Below are positions 26,758 to 38,000 of a stretch of 64,000 bases of DNA, piece after piece (within the stretch, counting starts at the first letter, position 1; each line of letters begins with the position of its first letter). This DNA comes from Candidatus Cloacimonadales bacterium (GTDB lineage Bacteria > Cloacimonadota > Cloacimonadia > Cloacimonadales > JAFGVF01). Position numbers and translations under genes: made by a program. The DNA is taken from contig CAXXOU010000004.1 of assembly GCA_963677495.2 (NCBI GenBank), positions 1,120,001 to 1,184,000 of the forward strand, in the 5' to 3' direction. Under the pieces are notes generated by a model, which worked only from the letters and a program-made list of their open reading frames with translations, searched no databases and had not been told where the DNA came from.

Positions 26758-29044
26758 ATCTAACTGAGCAACTACTACCATTACTATCCACAAGTTTAAG
26801 TTTATGCTCTCCTGATTCCGGTGCTATAGACAAAGAATGCTTAGTTTTTGTCTCTCCTATTGAATCTCCATCAAGATACCAAAATAGCTTGATATTATGA
26901 TCTGAATGACTTGCTTTAAGAACAAGCTCTTGTTGCAGTGCTCCGAAATCCCTAGGCAGCATTACAATAGAGTTTTCAATTGGATATAGAATCTCCGGCT
27001 TATTGTATGATGTAGCTACCGGGCACTCAGGATTATGGAGAGGAGCAAGTTTCAAGCCTGTATTCCTGGAATTTAAAATAGTGGTTACAGATGGAGGGAA
27101 TTCAAGAAAACTTGCCTTATCTGTCTCTATATCTGACCAACACTTTGAACATACACCATATCCGGTTGCTTTATCATATGTAACCGTTTTATGATAAGGG
27201 CATACTTGCATTGGTTTAGCTTCATCAGGAAGAAAAATATCTTCTGTATCAACACAATCAGGACTAGGATAATAGCCTGTATCAAGGCATATTTTCTGTT
27301 TGTGCATAGATGCTTCGGGCATATAAAACCATTTTTCATCACAGAGAGAAGGTAGGGTTTTATAAATTGACTTCAAAAGAGGAACAGCAGCAGTAAAGCT
27401 TAGTATTTCAGGATTTGATTCACCGGTAAAGTTTCCTGCCCACACAGATACTATCCAGTCAGAAGTTACTCCAACAGCCCATGCATCTCTATTTCCAAAT
27501 GATGTTCCTGTTTTTACAGCTATAGATTTGTGTCCGGATATCTCAACAGGACTAAAGTTATTATTCTTTAGCATTTCCAGTGTAAGCCATTTTGCTCCTT
27601 TTGATATATTGAGTGCATTTCTTTGTTCTATATTCTCATTCATCCAATGAACTGGGGAGTATGTACTCCCATTCGCTAATTGAAGATAGAGATTAGTAAC
27701 ACTAATTAAAGAAGCCTCTGCCCCACCAATTACAAGACTTAGTCCATACTCACTGTAAGTTCTAAACAATGAAGAGAGACCGGCATCCTTTAATAATGTA
27801 TAGAACTTGAAAGCTCCATACTGTTCTAACAAACGTATTGCAGGTATATTTAATGACTTCCTTAATGCATCTTCAGCCGTTACTACTCCCCTATACTGAG
27901 AATCATAGTTTTCCGGAGCAAAAAGCATGTAATGTAACTTTGTATCAGTTAGCAATGTCTTTGGGTTCATTAATCCATCATCTATAGCAGCTGCGTACAA
28001 AAATGGCTTTAAAATCGACCCTGTAGACCTCAATGCTTTCACTCCATTAACTTGTCCATTTGAGTTGTTATCTCTGAAATCTTGTGAACCTAGATATGCT
28101 CTAACTTTTCCAGTCTTTCTTTCTGTGATTAGAACACTGAAGTTCTTAATTCCAAGATGACTATATCTGTATTTCTGCCTATGAGCTATCGCTTCAATAG
28201 TCTTTTGTAGCTTACTATCTATTGTAGTATAGTTCGTCATACCATGATTGGAAATCTTTAGTTCATCAGCTAAATGTGGAGCATGAAATGGGAAAGCAAG
28301 AATCTTTGAAGGTATCGGTTCAGTTATTGCACTCTCATACGTACTCAAATCCATCTTCCCTATTTTGTAGAGCTTGCTAAGTAGTCTGTTTCTTTTCTCC
28401 ATTAAAGGAATGGGATTACATCCGGGATACAGAGCACCGGGATTATTTGGTAATATTGCCAGTAGCGATGATTCAGCCCAAGTCAGTTGTTGCAGATCTC
28501 TTCCAAAGTATTTAAAAGATGCTGTTCTAACACCAACAATATTACTGCCGTATGGTGCATTATTACAGTATGAGCGTAAGATTGTATCTTTACTGTAAAA
28601 AAGTTCCCATTTAAGAGCTGTGATAATCTCTATAAATTTGTTAAAGTAATTCCTTTTGTTTCGCTTTTGTAATCCAACAGCTTGCATAGTTATAGTTGAA
28701 CCACCACTTATAATAGAGTTGGACTGCATATTAAGTTTCATGGCTCGAAACAATGCAATTGGGTTAATTCCGGGATGTGCATAGAAGTGCTTATCTTCAT
28801 ACGTAGTAATTGCAGTGATAATCTTGTTGGGGACACCTTGTTTTCCAGATAATGGGTAAAGAAACTGTTCTTCAGAGTTTAGATACACTCTTAAAATCTT
28901 ACCATCTTTATCCAATATTACTGTACTCGATGGACAGTCATTTGGATTTGGGATTGGTAAGACTAGAAATACTGATAATAGTACAACTCCCGCAAGAATA
29001 GTTATCCTTGCGGGAATTGATAGTTTTTTAAGTCTATTTAGCAT
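26744..29044 (-). CDS. pbpC: Penicillin-binding protein 1C
   Basis: EDKHFY.HPG and GGSTITMQ transglycosylase motifs; SxxK (GSILKPF), SLN and KTG; C-terminal BiPBP_C-like domain; follows A2M. Confidence 0.93.
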   Translation of the reverse strand: MLNRLKKLSIPARITILAGVVLLSVFLVLPIPNPNDCPSSTVILDKDGKILRVYLNSEEQFLYPLSGKQGVPNKIITAITTYEDKHFYAHPGINPIALFRAMKLNMQSNSIISGGSTITMQAVGLQKRNKRNYFNKFIEIITALKWELFYSKDTILRSYCNNAPYGSNIVGVRTASFKYFGRDLQQLTWAESSLLAILPNNPGALYPGCNPIPLMEKRNRLLSKLYKIGKMDLSTYESAITEPIPSKILAFPFHAPHLADELKISNHGMTNYTTIDSKLQKTIEAIAHRQKYRYSHLGIKNFSVLITERKTGKVRAYLGSQDFRDNNSNGQVNGVKALRSTGSILKPFLYAAAIDDGLMNPKTLLTDTKLHYMLFAPENYDSQYRGVVTAEDALRKSLNIPAIRLLEQYGAFKFYTLLKDAGLSSLFRTYSEYGLSLVIGGAEASLISVTNLYLQLANGSTYSPVHWMNENIEQRNALNISKGAKWLTLEMLKNNNFSPVEISGHKSIAVKTGTSFGNRDAWAVGVTSDWIVSVWAGNFTGESNPEILSFTAAVPLLKSIYKTLPSLCDEKWFYMPEASMHKQKICLDTGYYPSPDCVDTEDIFLPDEAKPMQVCPYHKTVTYDKATGYGVCSKCWSDIETDKASFLEFPPSVTTILNSRNTGLKLAPLHNPECPVATSYNKPEILYPIENSIVMLPRDFGALQQELVLKASHSDHNIKLFWYLDGDSIGETKTKHSLSIAPESGEHKLKLVDSNGSSCSVRFTIQ

Positions 29045-32000
29045 CTATTCGCAAGTAATCTTAAGTCCTGATTTTGTTGCATTGTAGTTTCCATAATACA
29101 TATTGATAACTCTTAATGGAGCCATCTCAAACTCACCTTTTGTTACTGCTGTCAATGGCACAACAAAGGCAGAACTGGAACCGTATAGATTAAAGAAAAA
29201 TAATGCTCTATCGTCTCTGATCTCAAAATGTTCTGGATTTACTTGAGAACATTCAATCCCATTAATTCCTAGATCATTAGGATCATCAGAGAGGCGGTAT
29301 TGCTGATTATTTATTGTATTTCTATTAAGCAATTCTACTTGATCAGGCTCCCAGCATGAAGGTAACGGAACAGCCAAAGCATAGTTTTCTCTATGGATTT
29401 GTTGTTTCATCTCAACACTAGCAACCAGTTTAAACCTATCTCCGGCTTTGATATCTGATGGTTTTATCTTAACTCCATCTTTGAAGAAGTTGTATCTAAT
29501 TTTTAATCCATTCTCCTCATCTTTCTGCTCAATACTATAGGACTTGAACTTCTCAGAAACAGTAATCACTGTATTATCAGCAGGCAATCCTTCTGGAACA
29601 TCAATCTCAATATTAGATGACCAGTCTTGAGGTATATTAACAATCTGCATTCGCTTATCAAGCTTAATTTCAAGCTCTTTACTTGAATCCAAATCTTTAA
29701 CCGTCACAGTTCCACCGGAAAGTTCTTTCCTAGGTCTTGCTTTCAGCATTTGTCCAAATCCAATAAGTGAATAGCTTAATTCATTAGTTGAAAGATAGTC
29801 CTGATGTTCGATATCAAGTAGTAATCGTGTATATAGATCATTCTGCCTTGTATCTTGTAAATCGTATAAACAGATTAATGCTATTGCTTTGTCTCTAATA
29901 GATGTAGCAAAATACTTTTGGTTTACTTTATGACCGAAGTCATAGTCTAAATTCTTACTTAGCGCTTCTGCAGTTTTATCTATTCCTGCTAGCTTATATG
30001 CTGTCGCAAGGAACCATTTATCAATTGGTTTCAGCTTGTCCATCATCTCTTCTTTCATATAGTTCATTGAACCGAGATTCGCTTCACCGGCTTTTGCGAG
30101 AACATAATATCCATAACAAGCATACTCTGAATAGTTTTGTAAATCTATTGTACTTATATAGTTTTTAATTGATGCTAGAAGATTAACTTTTAGTGTCTCA
30201 GGGACAAAGAACCCTTCCTTCTCAGCTGCAATAAGAAAATGCATTGCATAGTTGCTTAAGAACTGATTTGTCTCTCCATTGTACCATAAAGAAAGGCTTC
30301 CATCATACTTCTGTCTTTTAGCAAGCTCCTGGATTGTATAATCAATCTGCTCTTCCACACGATAGAACTCTTTACCTTGCTCAGGGAATACATCCCTAAC
30401 GTAAAGTAGAGGGAATGCCTTTGATATAATTTGTTCAGTACACCCATAAGGGAATCTAGTCAATTGATCGAGATACTTCAACAGATTTGGGGTGGACACA
30501 TCATTAACATGTAATTCAACCCTATTATATGCAAGTGTATCTTTCTCTAGGAGTGAAAGGTTTACTCGATTCTCTTCATTGAAACGATACAAAGTATCCT
30601 TCGTTTGAAGTGCCGATGCCGGAATTATTGGTAGGGTCTTGCTAACATTTACAGTTTTATCATTACCTTTCGCAATAAATCTAATCTGAGGTGATCCGGT
30701 TCTATTGGCTTTAATCCTGATTGAAGTAGTGGCTTGGTTATTTACAAGTTTTAGCTTCTTCTCTATTTCAGAAACTAGCTCATATTTATCATCCATTTCA
30801 ACTTCAAGGTTAACTGATTTAATCTCTTTGTCTACTGCAAATACAGAGATAGGTATCTCTGCTATATCACCCGGATGCATAACTCTTGGTAATGTTGGCA
30901 TCACAATAATATCATCAAGTACTTTCACAAGTTTCTGTTCGATACCGTAGCTATTACCACTAGCTGCAACAGCTATCACTCTTACTGCCCCCTGATAGTT
31001 TGGTATATCGAAATCTACACTTGCAAAACCATTAGCATCAGTCTCAAGTACACCTTTGCATATAGCTAACGGTTCGAATCTTTGTAAAAGTTCATCGTTT
31101 CCGACTTCATCCTTCATCAATCTTCCAGCACCGGACATTGCTCTTTCAAACATCATATCACCACCAACAGAGTAGGTCATGAACGCATCTCCCTGTGGTA
31201 ATCCTATAAACCATGGATAGTTGTCATATGGCATTGCCTGCAATCTTCTCTTCGCATAGAAGGTATCCCATGGGTTGCCAACTCTATAAGGAGTTAGTGT
31301 TACAAGACCTTCATCAATCACATATAATGTAAATGGTATTTTCTTTTTCAATTCTGTCTGTAACTCACAAGTGAGTTTACTACCTGGTTTAACTTTTTCC
31401 GGTGTCTTTAGTTCAAACTTCAATCGAGTCTTACTATCTTCCACCCTGATTGGAATAACACCATACATGCGGATTGGTCTATCGTTTTTGCTGACTGTAA
31501 TCGGTTGGATTATAGAAACAGTAAGATATGCGTTAGGCATCATAGCTTCTGTTATATCTATGTTAATCAATCCTTCATTGTTTTCTACCTTCATATCGAT
31601 CGATTTGGTCATTAACACCTTTCCATCTTTGGAAAATGTATAAAGGACATGGCATGACTCCGGAGCCGGGAATGTTATCTTAGCCTTATCTCCAATTTTA
31701 TAATTAGATTTATCTGATTTAAGGGTAATGAGACCTTCTGATCTCATACTTCCACCTTCACTACTCCACCAACTTGTCTGCTTTTCAATTGATGTAGCAT
31801 GACCATTAGGTGCGATTACTTCAATGAGGTATTTACCTTTTTGCTCAGGGGTGAAGCTGAAAAATATAGGTTTCTTCTTAGATTTAAGTGTTTTTTCAGT
31901 AACTAAGCTTGTGTTATAATCTTCTTTGAACGACACTTTTGAACTGCTGGAGTTATACCACCAATTGTATTCCTGATAGTAAACTTTCACTTTCAGTTTC

Positions 32001-34438
32001 TCTTTCGCAACTGGATTCCCATTATTATCTACATAAACTATCTTAAACTTCTGTTTTTGCCCTCGTTTGAGATAATAATCTTCACTCTTCAAGCCCACAT
32101 ATCTATCGTACTTCTCATAAGTAACTATCTTCTTTGTCTGAACAGGGCGATTATTATCTGTTACTTCTCCTGTAATCACAAGGTTTAGTGCTGATGGTAG
32201 AGCCGGATAATCAGGAATATGCCAATCAATATTTATATTACCATCTTCATCTGTTAAACCGTTCTTAAGCTCTTTCTCCAGCTTAGTAAACTTTCGTTCT
32301 TTATCAAAGAATGTGTAATCATCCCACTTCTTGAAGCTCTTGATAAAAGAGCTGATACTCAGGCTAATTTTACCTTTCAATCCTGAACCCGGTTTACCAA
32401 ACAGATAGTCACATTTAGCATCTATTTCTATTTTTTCATCTTCACCAGTGTATTTCTCTTTATCAGTTGTAAGATTTACAGTTATGCGATTTGCCATGAC
32501 TGTCTGAAGATCAAAATACACACTTTCATATGCTGAGCCTGCATTGATATCGAATCTCCAACCACCGGTAAGATCAGATTCCGATGTTTGATATTGATAG
32601 AAGAAGAAACCCTCTTTGCTTTCTTTAAGAACTTGTTCACTAAGTAATTTGTTTTCTGCATTATAAACCAATACTTTAAGTGGTAATTCATCGGGATATT
32701 CTCCATCTTTATCTCGGACAATTGCTGCAAGTGTTACCTTTTCACCAGGTCTATAAACCTTTCTATCAAGGTAGGAATGAATCAAAACACCATCTGACAT
32801 AGAAGTTCCACCAATATCGAATGTAGATGTATTCCACATCATATTATTTGGAAGTAACAATCCCATTTTTTCAAACTTCTTTGCAACAACATACTTTGGA
32901 GTTTTGTCGAGTTTCAAGCCGGTAATAAGGCCATTATCATCAGTAAAAGCAGTTGCCAATTCCAAATGTTGCTCTGAAATAAAGTCAACTTTAGCATTTG
33001 ATATTGGTTTACCTGTCTCAATATCTCTTACTGATGTCACTGTCTCACTTTCACTGTTAAACATAGAAACTGCTAAGTCAGATTTTATAATAATCTTACG
33101 TTGAGTTCTCCACTCATCAGGATTCTTGATTTCAACAATAAAGATGCTTCCATCTTTCTCGCTTGCAAGCTTGGAAAGATCTAGATCTATTCTATTCAAT
33201 CTATTTCTAGGAGAATCAGCTACGATATCTTCGTTGAGTAAGAATTCGCCATAATACTGGATATTATCGTATCCATAATAACCCTCATTATTAGTCAGAT
33301 TGTTAAAATCAAGAAAATAGGCTAAATTCTTTTCATAAATCTTCTTTACAACAAGATTTACTTTTTCAACATTCACAACATTGATAGCAACTTTATTATC
33401 ACTCAATGTTGAAAGAAAGTTTCCTGCTTCACTAAATTCTAGAATTTGTTTTAGGTCAGGTGAAGTAGTTCGTTTACTAACGGCAGCTTTCATGTTCACA
33501 TTATAGTGATTCTTTACTGATGCAGCAACTTTAACTTCGTAAAGAGTACCTGGTACAAAATCACCATTCAGATATATTCTATCATCTCTAATAGTTGTGC
33601 TAAACTTGCACTCTGGAGTCACTTTTATCAGTCCGTCTAAATCCTGGAACTTATCAAGTCCACAGTCAAATGTAAGAACTACAAGGTTCTTCATTCTAAT
33701 CTGGTCCCAATACAATGACTTTAAGTTAAACTCTTTCGCTTCTCTAACTTCCATTGTCTGGGTTGCATCATTACGCATTGCTAAAGACTTTTTATCAAAT
33801 TCCAGCTTAAGTTCATTCTTCACATCTTTGATGTTTAGAGGACCTATTTCAAAGTTCCAATAAGTTCCGCCATAACCTTTCCAGATAATATTATACTCAA
33901 GACCAGATTTTGCTTTCAGATTAACACCCTCATTAAGCTGTTCTAAATCTACTTTTCCATTAAAAGAGATGTTTCCCTGTAGCAGTGTTTGGGAACTGTT
34001 TCCATCATAGGATGTATAGTAGTTGAATCGAGTGATTTCATTTAATGGTACAGTAAAATCAAGCTCAAAGTCTTCGAGTCTTTTCTCATTCAAAAGGTTA
34101 TCTAATTCAAGCTTGAATGTATATCTACCACCGGGTTTAAATCCTGTACTCGGGCTGAATACTAATCTGTTTCGTCCGGATTTATAGAAGCGACCTTCAA
34201 CTTTTGGAGTAATTGACCAATATTTGTTCGGATTAACCTTCCCAAGTTTCTTCGAATAACTATCGTTTAGATAAACAAACAATTCTCCGGTTGAGGGTAC
34301 TATGTCTGAGCTTGAGGATATAATTACCTCTGACAATGGAATCTTATCTCCACTCTTTTTTGCTCCAAGAGTGAATAAAGTAAGTGCGATAACTAAAACC
34401 AGCAGTATCGGTAAATAACGCCTACAAAATAACTTCAT
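29045..34438 (-). CDS. Bacterial alpha-2-macroglobulin
   Basis: 1797 aa; DRKVYRPGE, thioester motif PYGCTEQ and EIRDDR; coupled to pbpC. Confidence 0.93.
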   Translation of the reverse strand: MKLFCRRYLPILLVLVIALTLFTLGAKKSGDKIPLSEVIISSSSDIVPSTGELFVYLNDSYSKKLGKVNPNKYWSITPKVEGRFYKSGRNRLVFSPSTGFKPGGRYTFKLELDNLLNEKRLEDFELDFTVPLNEITRFNYYTSYDGNSSQTLLQGNISFNGKVDLEQLNEGVNLKAKSGLEYNIIWKGYGGTYWNFEIGPLNIKDVKNELKLEFDKKSLAMRNDATQTMEVREAKEFNLKSLYWDQIRMKNLVVLTFDCGLDKFQDLDGLIKVTPECKFSTTIRDDRIYLNGDFVPGTLYEVKVAASVKNHYNVNMKAAVSKRTTSPDLKQILEFSEAGNFLSTLSDNKVAINVVNVEKVNLVVKKIYEKNLAYFLDFNNLTNNEGYYGYDNIQYYGEFLLNEDIVADSPRNRLNRIDLDLSKLASEKDGSIFIVEIKNPDEWRTQRKIIIKSDLAVSMFNSESETVTSVRDIETGKPISNAKVDFISEQHLELATAFTDDNGLITGLKLDKTPKYVVAKKFEKMGLLLPNNMMWNTSTFDIGGTSMSDGVLIHSYLDRKVYRPGEKVTLAAIVRDKDGEYPDELPLKVLVYNAENKLLSEQVLKESKEGFFFYQYQTSESDLTGGWRFDINAGSAYESVYFDLQTVMANRITVNLTTDKEKYTGEDEKIEIDAKCDYLFGKPGSGLKGKISLSISSFIKSFKKWDDYTFFDKERKFTKLEKELKNGLTDEDGNINIDWHIPDYPALPSALNLVITGEVTDNNRPVQTKKIVTYEKYDRYVGLKSEDYYLKRGQKQKFKIVYVDNNGNPVAKEKLKVKVYYQEYNWWYNSSSSKVSFKEDYNTSLVTEKTLKSKKKPIFFSFTPEQKGKYLIEVIAPNGHATSIEKQTSWWSSEGGSMRSEGLITLKSDKSNYKIGDKAKITFPAPESCHVLYTFSKDGKVLMTKSIDMKVENNEGLINIDITEAMMPNAYLTVSIIQPITVSKNDRPIRMYGVIPIRVEDSKTRLKFELKTPEKVKPGSKLTCELQTELKKKIPFTLYVIDEGLVTLTPYRVGNPWDTFYAKRRLQAMPYDNYPWFIGLPQGDAFMTYSVGGDMMFERAMSGAGRLMKDEVGNDELLQRFEPLAICKGVLETDANGFASVDFDIPNYQGAVRVIAVAASGNSYGIEQKLVKVLDDIIVMPTLPRVMHPGDIAEIPISVFAVDKEIKSVNLEVEMDDKYELVSEIEKKLKLVNNQATTSIRIKANRTGSPQIRFIAKGNDKTVNVSKTLPIIPASALQTKDTLYRFNEENRVNLSLLEKDTLAYNRVELHVNDVSTPNLLKYLDQLTRFPYGCTEQIISKAFPLLYVRDVFPEQGKEFYRVEEQIDYTIQELAKRQKYDGSLSLWYNGETNQFLSNYAMHFLIAAEKEGFFVPETLKVNLLASIKNYISTIDLQNYSEYACYGYYVLAKAGEANLGSMNYMKEEMMDKLKPIDKWFLATAYKLAGIDKTAEALSKNLDYDFGHKVNQKYFATSIRDKAIALICLYDLQDTRQNDLYTRLLLDIEHQDYLSTNELSYSLIGFGQMLKARPRKELSGGTVTVKDLDSSKELEIKLDKRMQIVNIPQDWSSNIEIDVPEGLPADNTVITVSEKFKSYSIEQKDEENGLKIRYNFFKDGVKIKPSDIKAGDRFKLVASVEMKQQIHRENYALAVPLPSCWEPDQVELLNRNTINNQQYRLSDDPNDLGINGIECSQVNPEHFEIRDDRALFFFNLYGSSSAFVVPLTAVTKGEFEMAPLRVINMYYGNYNATKSGLKITCE

Positions 34439-34595
34439 AATCTATCTCCATTTAGTTTTCTTCTTATGGGATAATAGTAATTGCTAAAATATCATGTCAA
34501 CTTAAATGGTAAGTGAATGTATTGTTATCCCATTTTATCTACACTCATTAAGTTGTATCTATATCTTTATATTTGAAGTAATCTTTTTGATAAAA

Positions 34596-35036
34596 CACAG
34601 TTAACTCACTGTTTTCCCACTGTGCACGCACTGTGTACCCAGTGAAACAGTGGGTTGGCAGTGCCTTCACAGTGGGGACACAGTGCGTGCACAGTGCGTT
34701 GATAAAAAGTGCAGTGAAAGAGAGCAAAAGGGGCAGTAAATATACCTAAGTCATTGGTAAAGGCACTGTGTATGCATTTAGAAGCTGTCGCAATAGCGAC
34801 CGAAGGGATATGAGCGAATAGCGAAAATTGGTAATAATCAAATTCGTGACAAGACGCACCAACGCAGATGGTGCACACCACAGTTGGAAGTTATTGCAAA
34901 TTGCACTGTGTATGTTCTTTTTTGGACTTGCACCGCAGCGAAGCGTGGGTCGAGGACGAAAACCATAAGATGCCGACTGCGAAGTGCATTTTAGGAAGTC
35001 CGTTGCCTTATCAGGCAGACAAACTCCCTGAAATGC
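34596..35036. repeat. Composite intergenic element: 11-bp-phased CACTG/CAGTG mirror array plus palindromic modules
   Basis: Homologous to 45790-46046 plus 48407-48525; module 34795-34876 is also inverted at 42386-42467. Confidence 0.85.
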
Positions 35037-35065
35037 AAAAAAAGAAGGCACGTTTCCGTGCCCTC
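35037..35065 (-). terminator. Intrinsic terminator
   Basis: GGCACG-TTTC-CGTGCC stem with a T7 run on the minus strand, past the stop at 35088. Confidence 0.7.
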
Positions 35066-35087
35066 AATATGACCAAATGTTTATGAT

Positions 35088-38000
35088 TTATGGTTTCAGT
35101 TTAAGAATCTCTTGTTTATTCAGAACTGTAACCGGTTTTAGTGATTCATCATTCCATCTATCAGATGCGATAAGCTCAGCAAGCTGTGCTTTGTCAAATC
35201 CATGTGTGCAACCTGTGCAGATCCCTTTACCCATTCGAGCAAGTTCTACCCAGTATTTTACATTATTCTCTTCATCTTTTAGCCAACCTGCCTCGTAAAA
35301 AACACTGAGCATGTTTGCAAGCTTATCTGACTTCTTAACATTGTTAAAATGTGTCTTTCTAAAGCCATCAGCATACGCAGTTCCATCTATCTCAAGATAA
35401 GTAGGTCTTGGGATTGCAACATCAACCATTACAGGTTTGAACTGGTTCACTGCTATAGCAAAACCATTATCAACAGATGGTGTCTCACCATAATAGAGAG
35501 CAAAGTCAGCTTTCTCTTCAGCAATAGGTTTGATTTCACTGTGCAACAATCCAATTGCATTTGAATAGTTTGAAGTAACCATTACACCTGAACCTTTAGA
35601 GAAGTCACAGATAGCACCTGCAAGTCTCCATGCCAGTTTAGCTACTTTCTGAGAGACATTATCCTTATTATAGATTATCACCATCTTCTGGTTGAAATCA
35701 ATGCAGTTCGGTTTGCATTTAGGCTCGCTTTCATAGCACTCGATTGTATGCTCTAGTGCAACTTGAGGGTCGTAGTTAACCCATTTATCAACAAGCTTTG
35801 AGAAACCTGTCTCTTTTTCATTAATCCAGTATAGCTTCTTACCTTTAAGTTGAAGGTTTCTTAACACACTTCTCAATGAGAGGTTAATGTCTCCAACAAC
35901 ATAGAAGGCATCAGTTTCTAATAAGTCACTATACTGCTTCATGAAACCTGCAGGAACCTCATCTGAGATATCCTCTTTCAGTGACAGAGAACCAATTTTA
36001 GCGTTTATTCTACCGGCAATTGTTTGAGTTAAAGCTAATTCCTCCATAGTTGCATCAGGTGCAACATAGATAACTTTACTCTTTGCAGATATACTATTCT
36101 CTTTGAGCATCTGAGCTGTGAAAGCAGGGATAGTCTCTTTATCCTGATACAAAGGCTTCATCAAGCTATTCTCTGCATCAAATGCCTGCCAACCGAAACG
36201 ACCTGCAAAACAGATGTTTCTAAGATTATCACCTTGCTCTTCAGGAGTTTCTATCAACTTGATATGTCCATCATAAGCATCAATCTTAATCTTACATCCG
36301 TTTCCGCATGTGCCACAGTTCTGAACTATCTCATCACAGCCTTTAGGATTCATCTTGTAATTGATATTCTTTGGTAGTAGAGCACCTACAGGACAAGCCT
36401 CAATACATTTTCCGCATGTTTCACAGCTTGTTTCTGATAAGTCTCCACCAAACTCAGGTGCAACATAAGTAGGGAATCCACGATAGATGAATCCGAGTAC
36501 TCCGGAACCTTGAATCTCAGCACAAACTCTTACGCAACGTCCGCACTTAACACATTTATTTGCATCATGCATAATAAATGGATGTGTTGACTCAACAGGG
36601 TGTTTATTTCTGCTACCTGCATAAGCGTAAGCATCTACACCATATTCTGTTGCATAACGTCTTAAATCACAAGTCTCGTTAACTTGACAACCGCATTCAA
36701 GACAGCGTTCTGCTTCCTCTATACCTGAGTCACGACTGTAATCGATTTCCACTTCGTCGAAAGTTGAAACTCTCTCTTTAATAGGAATCTCAGGCATTTT
36801 AATCTTATCTTTCTTTTCGAATTGCTCGAAATATTCAGGTTCAATATCTTTAAGTTTCTTCTCTTTCTTGGAATCGAATTGAACGACAGGAGCCATCATC
36901 TTATCTTGAAGGTAATTATCAATAGCAATAGCTGCTTTTTTACCATCAGCTATGGCTTCTACAGCAGTGGCAGGACCACGCTGGAAGTCACCACCTGCAA
37001 AGATGTTCTCTACACCCCAATACATAGTAACTTCATCCACAACTGCAGTTGACCACTTTGAAACAGGGAGTGGTTTACCATTAATATAATTCTCCTCTTC
37101 CCCTAAGAAAGTGATTTCAGGTGACTGAGAAACAGCAGCTATGATAGAATCAAACTGCTCATCGAAATACTCACCCGTAGCTTGAGGACGTCTTCTACCA
37201 CTTGCATCCGGCTCTCCAAGAGCCATCTTTTCAAGTTTTACAGTCTCCAATCTGCCATTAGCATTTGGAAGAAGCTTTGCAGGATTAGTTAGGAATAGGA
37301 ACTTAACGCCCTCTTCCTCAGCCGCATCCACTTCATAAGGTTCAGCAGGCATTTCATTACGAGTTCTTCTATAAATAAGTGTAGTTTCACAACCGAGTCT
37401 AACAGCTGTTCTAGCACAGTCTATAGCAGTGTTACCACCACCAACGATAGCACATTTCTTGCCCAGATCGGTTTTCTCACCCTTAACAGTAGCTTTCAGG
37501 AAATCGACACCAAGATGTACACCTTCTATGTTTGAACCTTCAGTTCTGAGTGGAACAGCATTCAAAGCACCAAGTGCCATGTAAACAGCATCATACTCTT
37601 TTGCAAGTTCAGGTAATTTGACATCTTTTCCAACAAAGGTATTGTATTGTATTTCCATGCCGTTAGCACACATAAGTTCAACTTCTTTCTGAAGTATTTT
37701 TTTCGGTAGTCTATACTCTGGAATACCATATCTTAACCAGCCACCGGCTTTGTCCTCAGCTTCGAAGACTTTCACATCATAGCCTTGATTAGAAAGATAA
37801 TAACCGGCAGTTAAACCTGAAGGTCCACTACCAATGATGGCAACTTTCTTACCTTTGAGTGGAGCTCTTTCAGGGATATATGGCTTCTCTAAATCTATAT
37901 CCGCAGCGTGACGTTTAAGCTGTCTAATAGCAATCGACTCATCAACAACTGTTCTGCGACATTCCTGCTCACAAAAAGCAGGGCATACACGACCTATTGA

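Noticed and set aside
26744..34438. A2M-PBP1C pair as a novel system
   Set aside because: Well-described conserved operon
34606..35298. Short ORFs 34606-34881, 34746-35051, 34868-35086 and 35077-35298
   Set aside because: They overlap non-coding repeat modules or lie antisense to a real gene; no SD or recognisable motifs
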